Part shown: in pieces, positions 11,277-24,800 of the stretch
Layout: the number at the start of each line of letters is the position of its first letter
Position numbering within the stretch: position 1 is the first letter of the stretch
Assembly (NCBI GenBank): GCA_008632985.1
Contig: QPGO01000237.1
Span: 62,001 to 105,637 of the forward strand
Source: Psammoneis japonica
Taxonomy: Eukaryota
Length of the DNA stretch: 43,637 nt
Reading direction: 5' to 3'
Made by a program: the position numbers and the translations under genes
Notes under the pieces: generated by a model
Database searches by the model: none
Told to the model about the DNA's origin: nothing
What the model saw: only the letters and a program-made list of their open reading frames with translations

Positions 11277-12086
11277 GGCTTCTGTTTAGCTGCAAATTCA
11301 TTCTTGTACTGGCCACGTATGAAAAGGAGGGGGAATTTCCTTGCGTGCATTCAACGGTTCATCATTTTCTGGATGTTGGTAGTTGACCGTGTCAGTGTGG
11401 GGATAAAATGCGTGAGCCCAATGCTCCTCAATGCAAATTGTACCACCTTCGGAATAATGAAAACGTGTGGATTTTGAGGGATTAGGAAAAGGAGCGATGT
11501 AAGTAGTCTTTAACAGCAGGAGGCTCTGCACCTGTTTCAATAAGTGCTGAGTTCTTCTGCTGATGAGTGCTGAGTTGCTCCACTTGTCTCATGTTTTCTA
11601 AGAGTCGCACCGGTGACGAGCAGCAGACACTTTCCCCTCTTCCATGTCCCAGGTGAGTTCGTCAGGCCGTGCTCTGTATTGCAGAAGTTCCCGCTTGGTA
11701 GATGCGGATGTTAATGTTACTTAAGATCAGCCAGCGCATCTCCTGAGTTGCAATCCATCATTTGATTTTGCCAAACGCCCTGTCAGGCCCCTGCCCCACG
11801 CCCACCCTGATGTTTTCGGCCGCAACACATAAAACATTTGCCTGACTTGGTGCAACAACATGACGTGGGTGGCACTTCATTGGCGATTCTCTTGTTCAAT
11901 GCAATTCACACACCAGGTCCAAATCTGACAAGTGAACACACGATTCACATCAGCCCAGCAGTGTCAACATCCCAATTCCTGCCTGGCACTGCATTGAGTG
12001 TTGCTGCACTTTTGTGCTTGCTCTAGACTCATGGTCTCATTGTCATGCATGCTTCCCCGTGACAAGGTGACAGAGATCCCTGCATC

Positions 12087-12270
12087 TGAATAAATGCTGA
12101 TGTGCTGTCACGAACACAGGCAGTTTATGCACTGTTGGCGATTGGTCCACTGTCGCTCATTTGGTGGTCCCAGCAGCACAACATCTCACAATTCTAGAAC
12201 CTGTTGATGCTGTTCAACACTCTGTCTTGTCTTGCACCCAATTCTCAGCTGTCATGGCAGCATTTGTTCA
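12087..12270 (+). repeat. Copia B 5' LTR (184 bp)
   Basis: TGAATAAATG...TTTGTTCA, matching 34631-34816. Followed by CTTTGTCAGAGCC, resembling a decayed tRNA-iMet PBS (canonical TGGTATCAGAGC). Confidence 0.9.
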
Positions 12271-12819
12271 CTTTGTCAGAGCCAATGCGCTGTGATGTTC
12301 ATCACCTGGAATGGGCATCACGAACGGCACGACGGTGTCGTTGCGATCGATCGATTTTTGTGGCAAGCGCCATGTTGGTCCCATGGTTGCTCGTGCAATC
12401 GCTGAGTCCTTTGCACATGTCAATGTTCATGGATGTGAATGACATGCTCTTGGAGACCAAAGCTGTGATCCGTCAGACATGACATCAGTGGACGGAATGT
12501 TTGATCCCGTGGATGGAATGTGTTGGCTAAGACACACAAACATTCGTGATGAAGATGACACAATGATTTGTGCACTGAGGTCTGTCATTTGATCACGTGC
12601 ATTTGATTGATCAAAATGCATTGTCAAACTGCTTAGACACTGTGCATGTGGATGCATGCTGTCTGTTGGAAATCACTGCTTGGGAGTGACACCGCCTGCT
12701 CGCGAGTTCGCCAAGTAGAAACCGCTAAATCGGCACGAGAACCACACATTTTTATCACTTTTCTCCACTCACACAAGTGGATGCTCACGCGTTGAAACGT
12801 GAACAACTGCTGACACACC

Positions 12820-15800
12820 ATGGCCGCTGCTGCAGCCTTTGCCGCTTGTCTTGCGCATTGTGGACACAATGCGCAGACGCGCACCTGCACAGCCAGTCAA
12901 GGCTTTGCTGCAATTCAGGACTTGGAACAGGTCCCTTTGGCAGAAATCACCACTGTGACTGAGGGTGTCATGAAGAGCGTGGGCACCGCCGCCAACCCTC
13001 AAGTCCGCTTCCCACACCTGGCGAATCGCAAGTTCAAGGCAATCAACAGCCGACTGCTGCTCTCTTCACTGGTGACGTCATTGGGACATGGACCGCACGT
13101 CTCACAGAATTGGAACAATTCAAGTCAGCGGACTCGGACGACGAATCGGCTGCCAAGACAGCCGTGGAACTCAAGAATCTACATGACTGGCCTGCCTTCC
13201 AAGAGTTGCTGGAGACTGAACTGCACCACCACTGCAGTGCCGTCACTGGTGCACCCCTTGTCTGCCCAGCTGGGGAGCATGAAGATGTCACTGCCGAAAT
13301 GTTTGCTGCCACCTGCTCTGCCATTGATGAAGACCTCATTGCCACTGCCCAACTTGCAGGAGCACAGCGTGCACAGGACAGGCAATGCCTGTATGATCTC
13401 TTGAAGAAGCTGGTGATGGGGGGCCCGGATGGGCTTTTGTCAAACCTTCCAATCGCAATTGCGATGGCTGTGCTGCCTTCTTTGCACTCAAGAGGCAGGC
13501 GGAAGGATCGGCTGCCGCCACCACCCGCAAGAACCATGCCTGTGCACAGATTGCTGCCGGGAAGTGCACCGGATGGGGTCATTTTACTTTTGACCAGTGC
13601 ATTCAACGCCATCAGAAGGCTCACAACGACTTGTCCGAGCTCGATGAACTGGCAGCCAAGACCAAGAAGGTCTCTGACTTTCTCAAGGGCATCTCTGACC
13701 CCAGGTTGGAGACTGGCAAGAGTGCAGTGGATGGTGATCCGACGAAGCTAGCGGATTTTGAAGCATGCCAGCAGTGCATGAAAACTCTGGTGGAGAATGC
13801 TAAGAACCACAATGCTGATGCTTGCGGAATGGCATCCATCCAATGCCGCAACAACCAGCATGGAAAACCTGGCGGCAAGCACCCACCCAAGAAGGATGAG
13901 CCCAGAATCCGGGCAGGCCATTGTCCCATTGAAGAGTGGAATGCTCTCGACGGTCCTGAGCAAGAGCAAGTTCAGAAGCTCCGTGAGGCCAAGAAAGCCG
14001 AGAAGAAATGCAAAGCAGCAGCTGCATCCTTGGAGGCTGAGTCGGTCGATGCCGAAACTCGTGCTGTTAAAAAGGTGGCCATTGCTGAGCCTCAACCTGC
14101 TGATAAACAGAAGGACTCCAAAGAGTCAGAAAAACCGCCTGCTGCCAATGCAGGCATGCAGTTCAGACAAAGTGCCCATGACAAACCTCAGAAGGAGGAA
14201 TGAATGGTTGCGCCAGCACCAAAAGGTGTAGAACCGACTGTTGCCACACCTGCTGGCACCACACATTTATCTGGGCGGTTCTTAAAGGATGCACATCTCT
14301 CTTTGTCATCTGCTGAACATTCAGATGGTGAAGCAACCAATGACCTGGACTCACACCACACTGATGCGTGTGCTGTTGGGTCCAATTTTATCATGTGCTC
14401 TGATGTTGACTGCACTGTTGCAGTGCATCCTCACTCCGAAGAGTGTGCACCAATGATGAATGATCCCATTTGCACAGCTGCTGCCGTGTGGGTTGATCCA
14501 ACTGATGGACAACCATGCCTGCCACTGGTCCATGAGGCTGTGTTTTTTGGGGACAGAATGACTGGCACCCTGCTGTGCCCCAACCAACTGCGAGCAAATG
14601 GACTGACTGTCCACAACACCCCTTGCCAGTTTGATCCCAACAGCACACACTCTGTTGCTTTCCCTGACTCAAAAATCAGGACACCTTTGTGCATGCGAGG
14701 TGTTGCTTCGGTCTTTGACTCACACAAGCTGACTCAGGAGGATCTGGAGAACCTCCCCCGGCTGGAACTCACATCACCCCTTGAATGGGAACCTTCCACT
14801 GATGCCATGGCGCAAAAGGAGGAAGAGTGTGCATGTGCCAGTGTGCGCCAAGGATCAGCGAAGTCTGATGGACAGTCGACAATGATGAATGCGACCAGAT
14901 GTGTCGCTTCAATTCATTCGCATCAGATGTCCCATCACAATGAGAACGTCATTGTGGACACCAATGATGATGATTCTCTGTGTCACCGCTTGCGCACCGC
15001 AAATCCTTGTGTCGGATGGCGCACCAGAAATGGCAGAAGGCCAGACCAAGGACATTTGCAAGGAATGCAGGACACATCAGGAGGTGTCCACCCCACACAG
15101 CCCCTGGCAGAACCCAGCCGAGGCATCCATTCGTGAGTTGAAGAAGAGGGTCCAAGTGACTCTACGCTGGACTGGCACTCACAGGTGACTTTGGTCTTGT
15201 AGTGCCAAATGGGCATGCGACACCCAATGCATGATTGCGGCTGGCATGTCGGATGTGGGAGGATGAGTCCCAGAAGAAGAGGTGACAGGTTCAACACCTG
15301 ACATCTTGTCCCTCTCTCTCTTTGATTGGCACCAACCTGTTCACCATTGCATGCCTGTGGCGGAGTTCCCAAACGAGAAGAAGTGCATTGGCCGTTGGCT
15401 CGGAGTGGCTGACAACTGCACTGACAACATGGCATTCATTGTCCTGCCCGAATCAGGCAGACCCATCATTTGGAAAGATGCATGGGCCATGCCGGAGGAT
15501 GATCTTAAAACTCTGGTGATCCAAACGGATCTTGCATCAGTTGATCAGGCTTTGATCAAACGACTTACCATCCCAGAACAGGGCGCCAATGCTGACTTTC
15601 CTGAACTCCCTGATGACTTCATGGACGAATGGGATGATGCTGTTGAACCCGTGGAACCCAACGCTTCCAAACCAGAGGCTGATGAGCACACCCTGGAGGG
15701 GCTTGACGAATGCCTCACAGCTCAAGTCATGTTACCACGTGGAGGTGAACTGACCCATGCCAGGGTCATTGCACGCAAACGGGACAGTGACGGGGTTCCC

Positions 15801-16582
15801 ATTGGCACTGGGAATGACAACCCTGTCTTAGACTCAAGGACACACGACGTGGAATTCCCTGATGGATCCACTAACTCCTGTGCTGCCAACGTAATTGCAG
15901 AAAATCTATTCGCTCAGATAGACTCTGAAGGCAATGCCCACCAGATCATGAAGGAAACAGTCAATCACCAAACTGATGCCCGTGCCGTAAAGGCTGATGA
16001 CAGGCACATGATGACTAAGACTGGCAGGTGCACTCCCAGGAGGATGACCGCAGGCTGGGACCTGCAAGTTGAATGGAAGGATGGGACTACATCCTGGGTT
16101 CCCCTCAAGGATTTGAAGGAATCTAATCCAGTCGAGGTTGCTGAGCATGCTGTGGCAAACAAGGTAGCTGGTGAACCGGCTTTTAACTGGTGGGTCCGAG
16201 ACGTCTTGCATCGCAGGTCGAGGATCTTGAAGAAAGTCAAGTCGCATCACTGGAAACGTGCTTACAAGTTCAGAATTGAACTCCCGAAATCTGTCAAGCC
16301 ATGGAGACAGACAACAGAACGGGGACTGACTTCTGGTTCAAGGCCATCAAGAAGGAAATGCGCAATGTCATGCCTGCATTTAAATTCCACGATGACGACA
16401 CTGTGCCGGTCAGGCACAAACACATTGAGTGTCATGTGATCTTTGACATCAAAAGCACCCTCCAACGTAAAGCGAGGTTCGTGGCCGGAGGCCATCAGAC
16501 CAATCCACCCAAGGAATTGACCTGTTCCAGCATGGTTTCGCGTGACAGTGTCAGGACAGCATTCACCACAGCAGCTCTCAAC
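12820..16582 (+). pseudogene. Copia B gag-PR-IN-RT(N) remnant
   Basis: Frameshifted ORFs at 12820, 13110, 13631, 14204, 15282 and 16301 carry copia motifs, e.g. WKDGTTSWVPLKDLKESNPVEVAE. The IN N-terminus appears deleted near 15000. Confidence 0.85.
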
Positions 16583-16909
16583 TCAACTCAACACAACGAT
16601 TGCTAGTTGGCACTGGTGCCCTTTGCGGACTTTGGCCCCTGTTGGACCCGACCGGCTGGGGTGCAGAACTCCTTGGAGAAAAGTTCCAGACCGGCATCTA
16701 AGAAATAAAAATAGAAGAAGGGTGTTTCGCGATCGTACTCAACCCAAAGTTGAGGAGCAACACCGTCAGTTGTCCATTTCGTCGAATGACGACAGGTCCC
16801 TGGTAAAGATTGCTACAGTGTCGCCGGTGAAGCCATCGGTTTTCCAGACATGTCAAGCAGGTCCCCGGCACAGCTGATGAAATAGAGAGTCGCCAATCTA
16901 CCACGATTG

Positions 16910-19900
16910 TTAGGAGTCAAAAAGCTCCTGTGCTTGTGCCTCAACCTCCTGTTCCTGAGAAATACGACGACGTTTGGAGGGAGGTCTTACTTCGTCATCG
17001 TAATTGTTTGTCGGATCAAAGTCCCGAATCCTGGGTTGACTGTTGACCCATCTGCGCAGAGCCACTCGTTCATCCTGGAGTTGCACACCGACCCCAAGTT
17101 TGCCGGACAGCCGTTCTCGGGCTGCCACAACATTTGCTAACCAAGAGCGTTTGAAAGATGTGGACTGAGAGAGCAGGGAGACGACGTGACCGCAGAAATG
17201 ACAGGCGAATTCCCCTGGGAGTCCCTCTCGGCCTCGCTGAAAATGGTGGCGAATCCATGAGTCTAGCTCGTCTCTGGCTTGCTCGCTAATTTGAGGATGA
17301 GCGGCAGCATTCCTGTGTTCCCACAACCGTTGCGTTATTCCGATAAGTTGGTAGACCCATCTTCTGACCCATTTAGAACCCGATTTTCTAGAGCCTCGGA
17401 GCCGAAAATGTTCCTGTTGTAAAAGAGCCCACTCCTTCGCTACACAGCCTTCCAGAAGTCTATCTCAGCCAATGACGTATTGTGACTCAACTGCCTGACG
17501 AAGGATTGGGCTAGCATGAGGGTCGAGGCGGACATTGATGTGTTGATGACTACGCCAGGCGGTGAGATGTTCCTGGATGGTGCTCGCTAGGCCAAAAGCC
17601 GCATCGTTGCGATCCACCCAGCGGACATGTTTGCATAAGAGCGACCTCCACTTGTCCGTAGCCTCTGAGCAGGCAACAACGTGCGTAGCATCTTCGTTGT
17701 CAGCATCGCACCGGGGGCATCGCGAATGATCCTGAACCTTCCAGCGTTTCAGCCATTTGCCTGCTCCACACATTCCCACCGCATGTTTAGCCATCCACCG
17801 TCGTTTGCCGATGCCAAGATTCTCAGCGACTGTCTCGATGACGTCCCGATCGATCCTGCGGAAGCCCTCGTTCGTAAAGCGTCGTTTTTGTTCGATCCAG
17901 TGTTTTGCTAGCCGTGTGCCGTGAACATGATGATACAGCCGCTCACCAAGCTTTGTCGAGATCTTGTGTCCTCCGACGAAAACACCCCACATTTCATCTT
18001 TGATGTCAAACTGTCGTGGAAGCCTTTCCTGAGGGTCTAGTCGAGCTTCATGTTGCCATCGTGCTTTAGCTGGGTTGTCCATCTCGATGTTCAATCTTGC
18101 CCATCTGTCGAGTCTTCTGCATCGTAGAGTGTCTTGATGTCCTTTGACCCACCGGAATTTCCACCGTAGTGGGCTCTTGGCGATTTTTTCCTTGACAGCG
18201 CTTAAAATGTCAAAGTCATTGGACGGGGCAGTGACGGGAAGAGTGGGGTCCGACGATTTCCGCAGGGCTTGTTCGCCATCACAGGCGATTTCAATTGCTC
18301 CTTGTTGAACATTGTGATGTAGACAGATGTCTTCAACCGTGAAGACAATGCCGTAGAGACCTGCTGTCTCTGCTCGGCAGGAATTAGCGTCACCAGGGTG
18401 ACCTGGCACAACGTTGGCACCCGTCACTGGGTGAGTTTCTCGTTCCCCTCGGATGGTGAATGCCGATGTTGCAAGATTGTCTTTGGCTGACCCATCACTG
18501 ACCGCAATGGCTGCGCCTGACTCGATGGCATTGGCAACACACAGTCCATCATCATCGACAGTGACTTTGTCATTCGCCCACTGTCGGGCCGGAGGTGGTT
18601 GGCGGAGTCGCTGAAGAAGATTGATTGGACCTGGAGCTTCCTGTCTGGGTCTCGTGCTGGTGGACCCCAAGTGATAAATTCCCCATCTGTCCTTGCCTTT
18701 GCAGCATGCGCGAGCACGTTGAATGTCATCAGGCAGTTTGGTCGGTCCAGACGGAACAAACCGGTGATGATGATTCCTTGTTTGCCTGCAGCTCGACAAC
18801 CTGAACGAGTGCCACAGGTTATTCTGACCCCGTTGACATGGACGCTGTTCCGACGGAGAATGGAACCACTGCCAGTGGGAATCGTTAACTCTAGTGTCGG
18901 GAAGCCAGTTCCCCAAGGATCGGTGTAATCGCCTTGCATGGACATTGGTTGCCCATGTAAAGCAGTGCCTTAGAGCAGTGCGCCACGTCGTCCAATCTGT
19001 AGCCTTCGGACGTTGTTGCGGGGGCCATTCATGTTGTGACCAAAATAAAGGTGTCCTTCTTTCCATTCCACATGTCACAAAGAATTTCACACCCATCGCC
19101 AGTTGAGATGTCAGCAAGTGTTACAACATTCAGGAAGACACGGCACTGATTAAGAGCCTGCAGCTTGGCCCCCTGAAGCCTTCATCTGCAAATCTTTCCA
19201 TGAGAAACACGTCATTCTCACGTGAGAGAGTCAGCGACGGTGTGTCCTTGTTGATGTCGTGGCTGGACAGATGTGTCCACAGATGCTTCACCCATGACTT
19301 GGCAGCCAGGCATCCAAATGTTTGACATGAGCTCGCAAGGAAGGAGCTTCCGACTCCGATTTCCAGCTTGTGTTTCTCCACAAGTGCTCGGAGAAGTTGT
19401 CCCGTGATCGTGTCTGCTTTTCCGTGTTTGACAAATGCCTCGACGTGTTTCCTGTACATGGTGGAGGCAATCGAATCGAATCCGAGGCCTTGCAGTCAGA
19501 TCGGACCGTGTGTGACAGCAAGGGGAAAGGATCTACATAGACCCGATCTCGGAAGGCCTTGTTTGAGAAGCGGTGCTTCGACACATCTGCATTCTTTCGA
19601 CGACAGAGTGAGGGCGAGGAGAGGGCAGTCGAGTGCCTTGCAGACTCTTTGAGTCAGGGCAAGCCACGCATCAGCCTTAGAAAGATGACCTGATCGAGCC
19701 CGATCCGCCCAACCTTCAGCATGTTTCTGGAGTTCTTCCACCGCCGTCCTGCAGTTTCCATCAGGGGCTAACCACACTCCTAGAGTTTTCTTAGCGATGG
19801 AAGGCGAAAGTCATTCAATCAGGTGTCTTGTTCCCTCGGCATCCTCTGTGCACATCTGTGGGTCATCCTGATCATCGGGGTCGCTCTCCTCGTGAACGTA

Positions 19901-21588
19901 CTCCCATCTGCCGTTGGTCCATTTGACCTCGATTAAATGCCACCAGCATTTGTCCGGGCGGGTGTCGCCTCCCGTAACTCTCATGCCGCCTGCAAAGCGG
20001 TCCAGACCTCTCTGAGCTTCTTGAACAACTTCCCAGCCTGGTTGCAAGGGATCGGTGGCTGTGTGAATGATGTCACTGTCGTCGACAAAGGCGAAGCCTG
20101 CAATCCAGAGTTCCTTGTTCGAGATGGCCAAACAGAAGGCTGCCCCGTGTCCCGCAGTTCTCATCATTTCAAGAACAGGAGTGCTGACTACAGCCCAAAT
20201 CTGAGGAGTGTTTCCGTTACCTTGACCGAGTCCTTGCGGAGGCTTGCAATCCAAATCGAAGTTATCCGGGTCAAATGCGATTGCGAAGAGGTCTCCACCA
20301 AACGATTGCTCGGATCGACCATAAATTGTTTTCACCGTGTGTTCCATCTGTTGAAGGGTGGTGAACTCGCAGACAGTTGGTGGTTCTGGAGCTCCTTTGC
20401 TTCGCATTGCCAGTGAGGCACACGAGTGCACAATGAGATCGTAGCATGAACGTAGATCCACAGCAGTGTCCACAGCGTTGATTCTATCCACTCGAATGAG
20501 GTCAAAGATTAGTTGTTTGTTCAGGGCTTGCTCCTCTGCTGAGTGACCCTTCCTGCTGCCGCACTGTTCCCCAGCGATCCAATGCCTTGGTTCAGCGTTC
20601 CTCATCATTTGTCGTCCAAGGATCTTGTTGTTGTTGTTGTTGGCATCAACTTCGAAGCACAGGATGGGCCGCAGAGAGTCCACATGTTCCTGCCCAGTTT
20701 TCTTTGGGATCAGGAGGTCCACACCTTGTCGCCATCGCTTTGGGGAATGACCTGAAATGTGGGGAAAGTTTGCCATGGACGCGTCAAGCTGGGTGAGAGT
20801 GTCATCAAAACGGGCGGCTTTGAAATGAGCGGCACACAACCCCAAAGGGCCGGCGCAGATTTTTTCTTTCACTCTCTTCCAGGACTCCATGCATTCTTCT
20901 GTGGAGATCCACAGTCTCGCACTCACAGTGCAGTCAGACGGGTGATGCAGATGCGACAGGCATTCTCTTGTGCATTGCGTCGCTCCTGGTGGAAATTCAT
21001 ACGATCCATCCAGAATGGCATCGGAGTGGGGGCCAACTCCGAGAAATTGCACATCACCAATGAGAGGCTCCTGCACAAGAGCAGTGTGATGTGTTTGGTG
21101 AAGTCTTGACTCACAGTCTTGAAGCGCTAGAGTTTCCATTTCCTCTTTTTCAGTGACCTCTCGATCAGAGCCGTCTGCTTGTTTCTCGAGGAGGCGTGTG
21201 AGTGGGGATCGGAGAGGTTTGCCGGAGATCCGATTTACTCTGCGATTCTGCTCCCTAGACTCTTCGCGGTTGATGAGTACTCGCAGTTGTGTTTCAGCAT
21301 CGGAGTTGTTGGCTCTGGCTAGCTGATCCGCTCTTTTCTCCAGAAACTTACGTCAGTGGTCAGGAGCATCTTTGGTGATTGCTCGACATTCTTTACAGCG
21401 TTGCGATAGATCTGCCTCTAACTGGACAAGAGTGAGGTTGTGCGCTTCGAAGTCTCTTGATTTTCTTTCCAGATGGTGCATTATCTGAGAACTGATCGTG
21501 AGGCGTTTCCATCAGTGAATTAAAGCGTGGTACAATTCGATGCGTTTGGACGCTCGTTTGAGCTTGGGAGACCAGGACTTGCCTCCCA
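16910..21588 (-). pseudogene. LINE ORF2 C-terminal part: RT, RNase H, Cys/His motif
   Basis: LRPI, GSRKG, DLRSCYD, QGLGQGNG and FVDD (RT). VSDGS...RAE...ACDG...WVKGHQD (RNase H). CPRC...EDATHVVAC. Several stops and frameshifts. Confidence 0.9.
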
Positions 21589-21864
21589 TGATAGAAAATG
21601 AAGGCAAATGGCAAGAATTCAAACAATGACTCCTTACTGCTGTCTAAACAGCAGATGAGTCTCCGCTCAGAGACCGTTGCAGGAGCCGAAAGACGTGTGG
21701 GTCGGTATAATCGGGCTACTGTTATTATTCTTGTGAGCCTTGTGGCTCGAAAGCAAACTACATCGCGCGTGAACGCGCGGAACTAAAGCACACAAAACTG
21801 TGCACGGTAAACTAAACAGCGCGCGATACTTCGCGCGCACCTAAATCCTGTTCAAATCCTGTCA
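21589..21864 (-). repeat. Copia A 3' LTR
   Basis: TGACAGG...TCTATCA on the minus strand. PPT GGGGAG at 21865-21870. Confidence 0.97.
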
Positions 21865-24800
21865 CTCCCCAGTTTGCTTGAGGAGCCACAGAAACAGATT
21901 CGACTTCGGATGGAATGAAGTTCCAGAACATGAGGGGGCGGAGAAGGTCCCAGATTTGGGAGTAACCCCAATGCTTGCTGAGAATGTCAGCAGGGTTGCG
22001 GGAGCCTTCGATGAAGTGGAACTCAAGGTAACCAGAGGCAATTGCCTCACGCACATGGTGGAACGATAGTGCGGTGTGTCGCTTGTGTAACTTGGAGTGC
22101 GGGATGGTGGCACTGTCTACAACCGACTTGTTGTCACCGAACATGTAACTAACGTTACGGATCGGGACGCCAAGGTGGCGCAGGGTGATGCGCAGGTCGA
22201 TAATCTGCTCAACACAAGTCCTTGCGGCAACAAATTCAGACCCGCAGGTCGCAGTCTCCACGGTGGCTTGTTTCTTAGAGAACCAATCAGCTGGGAATTT
22301 GTTGAGGAAGTGGAGCATTCCCATGACAGAGCGTCCGGTGAGCATGCAATGGTACAAGTTTGCATCGACGTAGTGGGTGGTAGTGACGAACTTGCCAAGG
22401 GGCGGTGGAGCGTCCTTCGGGATCATCTCTTCTGCTTCACCATACACGGAATGCATCCATTCATAGGCCGGAGCAGGGAGATCCGAATAGTCGGGCTCTT
22501 CCGCACGAACGCGGAGAGCACCGTGTCGCATCTTGGAGAGGCACCCACAGATGCGTTTGGCACGATCCAAGTGGCCTTGACGGGGCGCAGCTCGGAAGCT
22601 AGAGAGTGACATGACAGCCGTGGTAATGTCAATTCGACCAAGGGACACTGCCCATTGGAGTGAACCAACAAGAGACTGGAACTTGTGAATGCCATCGGGT
22701 CCCAGCAGTTCGGAAGTGTCCAGTTCGGGGTGGTCACCCTTCTCTGGAGGTGACAGGGCGTTGGTGGTGGGTTTCTCCCCAAACAGTCGGGCACAGCTGT
22801 CGACCATGCGCTCGATGTACTTGCGCGGAGACAGGCACAAGGTTCCGTCGGGTTCCCGGGAAAAGTCGCAACCCAGATGGAACTCAATGGGTCCCGCACC
22901 CTTGAGCTTGAACTTGTGCTTTTCCGTGAGAGTGTCGACGAAAGATTGAGGGTCCTTCATGGCAATGGCGAGGTCATCCACATAAACGGCAATGTGTTCA
23001 TAGTGGTCGCCGTTCCTGCGCATCCAAATGTCGGGTTCGGTGCGGCAGGGGAAGAAGCCTTCAGCTCGCAGGCAGTCGGCGAAGCGCTCGTGCCAGCGGA
23101 GACCGGAGCTGCGCAGTCCATACAGTGCCTTGTGGATGACAAGGATGTGTCCTTCGAGTTTGCCGAACTCGGGTCCAGCTACAATGTAAAGCTTCTCCTT
23201 GGTGGTGGCTTCAAGGTAGGCATTGCCAATGTCGGTGGCCCATGTCTCCAACTCGTTGAGTTCGGCCAGGAAAATCATCAGCCGAAGGCCACGGAGGGAG
23301 ACTGCTCCGGAGTAGACACTGTCGATAGGTACGTCCGTGAGGTGCCCGTCGGCTACGAGTCGTGCCTTGTGGCGACCGTCGTGTTTCACATTGTACACCA
23401 GGTGCACTCGGATCTTCTTGTGTCCCGCAGGAGGAGTGGAAGACTTGAAGGGCCCGCAGTCATGGAAGACTTCGTATTCGTCGAGTTGGTCCATCTCGAG
23501 ATTGGTTGCGTCTCCCCACTTGCGGTTGCCGTTGCGTTTGTCTAGTGACATGGCGTGTTTGTAGTTCCGGGGAACTTCGCATCCATGCTTGTAGCGGGGT
23601 GCAGTGCGGAAGGAGCGAAGCTTGGCTTGGTTGGCCATGCGAAATAGCTTCTTTTGGCGCCTCGCGATGGTGCGGAACCGCTTCCAGCCATCCGTGTCGA
23701 GGAGTCCGTTCTCTCGTGCATAGATGGCACAGGTGACGGGGTCGTCCTTGGCGATGATGGCAAGAGGCTCGGACGTGATCTCCCCACTTTCCCATTCAAG
23801 CATGATGTTGTAGCTGGAGCCTTTCCAGGTTGGGTCGTGAGGCTTCAGAGGTCCTTCGTGTGACACGATGCGTCGAAATTTCCAAACAGTGGTGTCTTCG
23901 TCTTCTTGCTCAATGTGATTCATGATGTCATTGTAGGCAAGGACTTCCTCGTATTCGTCATTGTTGACAGAGCAGACGAACTTAGTGAGCTCGGGATTGC
24001 CGTTCACTTTCCATTCGTGGTCTTCGACGGCCTTGACGATGCGAGCTCTGTGGCGTTGTCCGTCCTCTTGTGGCTGCATGAGGAAGGTGCGTCCAATGAT
24101 GTCTTGCGGATCGAAAACTGGCATCTTGGGTGTCCTGATCTCCCCATCAGGAGAGTCGACGGGGTTGTCGTCATGGCGAGATTTGATGATGGGTTCAGGT
24201 GGCTCCCCATCAGGAGGATCAAGACGCAGGTTTCGAACGGCAGGATCGGGGGTAGCGGAGCGGACGTTGGACCGGTAGAGGATCTTCTGAGTCTCGTCAG
24301 ATAGAATCTTGAAGGTCATCTGGTGGCCGACGTGCTCAGCAATGCCAACGAAGCGTCCACGCAACTCACGGGATTCAGACGGCCAATCGGAGTCATCGAG
24401 GTGGAAGTGCACGGGTTCCCACCAGTGAAAGCGAAGCAATGGGCTGATGTCCGGGGTGGAGCCAGTGAGAGTCTCGAGGGGCGTGCGCCAGTGGAGACGT
24501 GGGGACGCTGTATGGTTGAGGATGAAGCACACGTACATGAGCGCCAGCAGCCATGTGTGGGCGGGCGAACCAAAACGATCCATGACAGTGTTCGCCATGC
24601 GCTTCACGGTCTGGTGTCGACGCTCGGCAAAGTTTTGGTGTTGCTGGTGAGGCTCACTTTGCCAGCTAGAGATGAAGAGGGCGCGCAGGATCCCGAGCAC
24701 TTTGTTGCTGATCTCAACTTGAGCACGGTCGCTAATGAGTTTGGATGGGGCACCACGTGCACGGATCTGATCCTCGAGTGTGTTGACAAACTCTTTGTCC

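Noticed and set aside
21598..21786. 62-aa ORF repeated at 5373..5561
   Set aside because: Antisense frame within the LTR. It is stopped early (TAA) in the 5' LTR copy.
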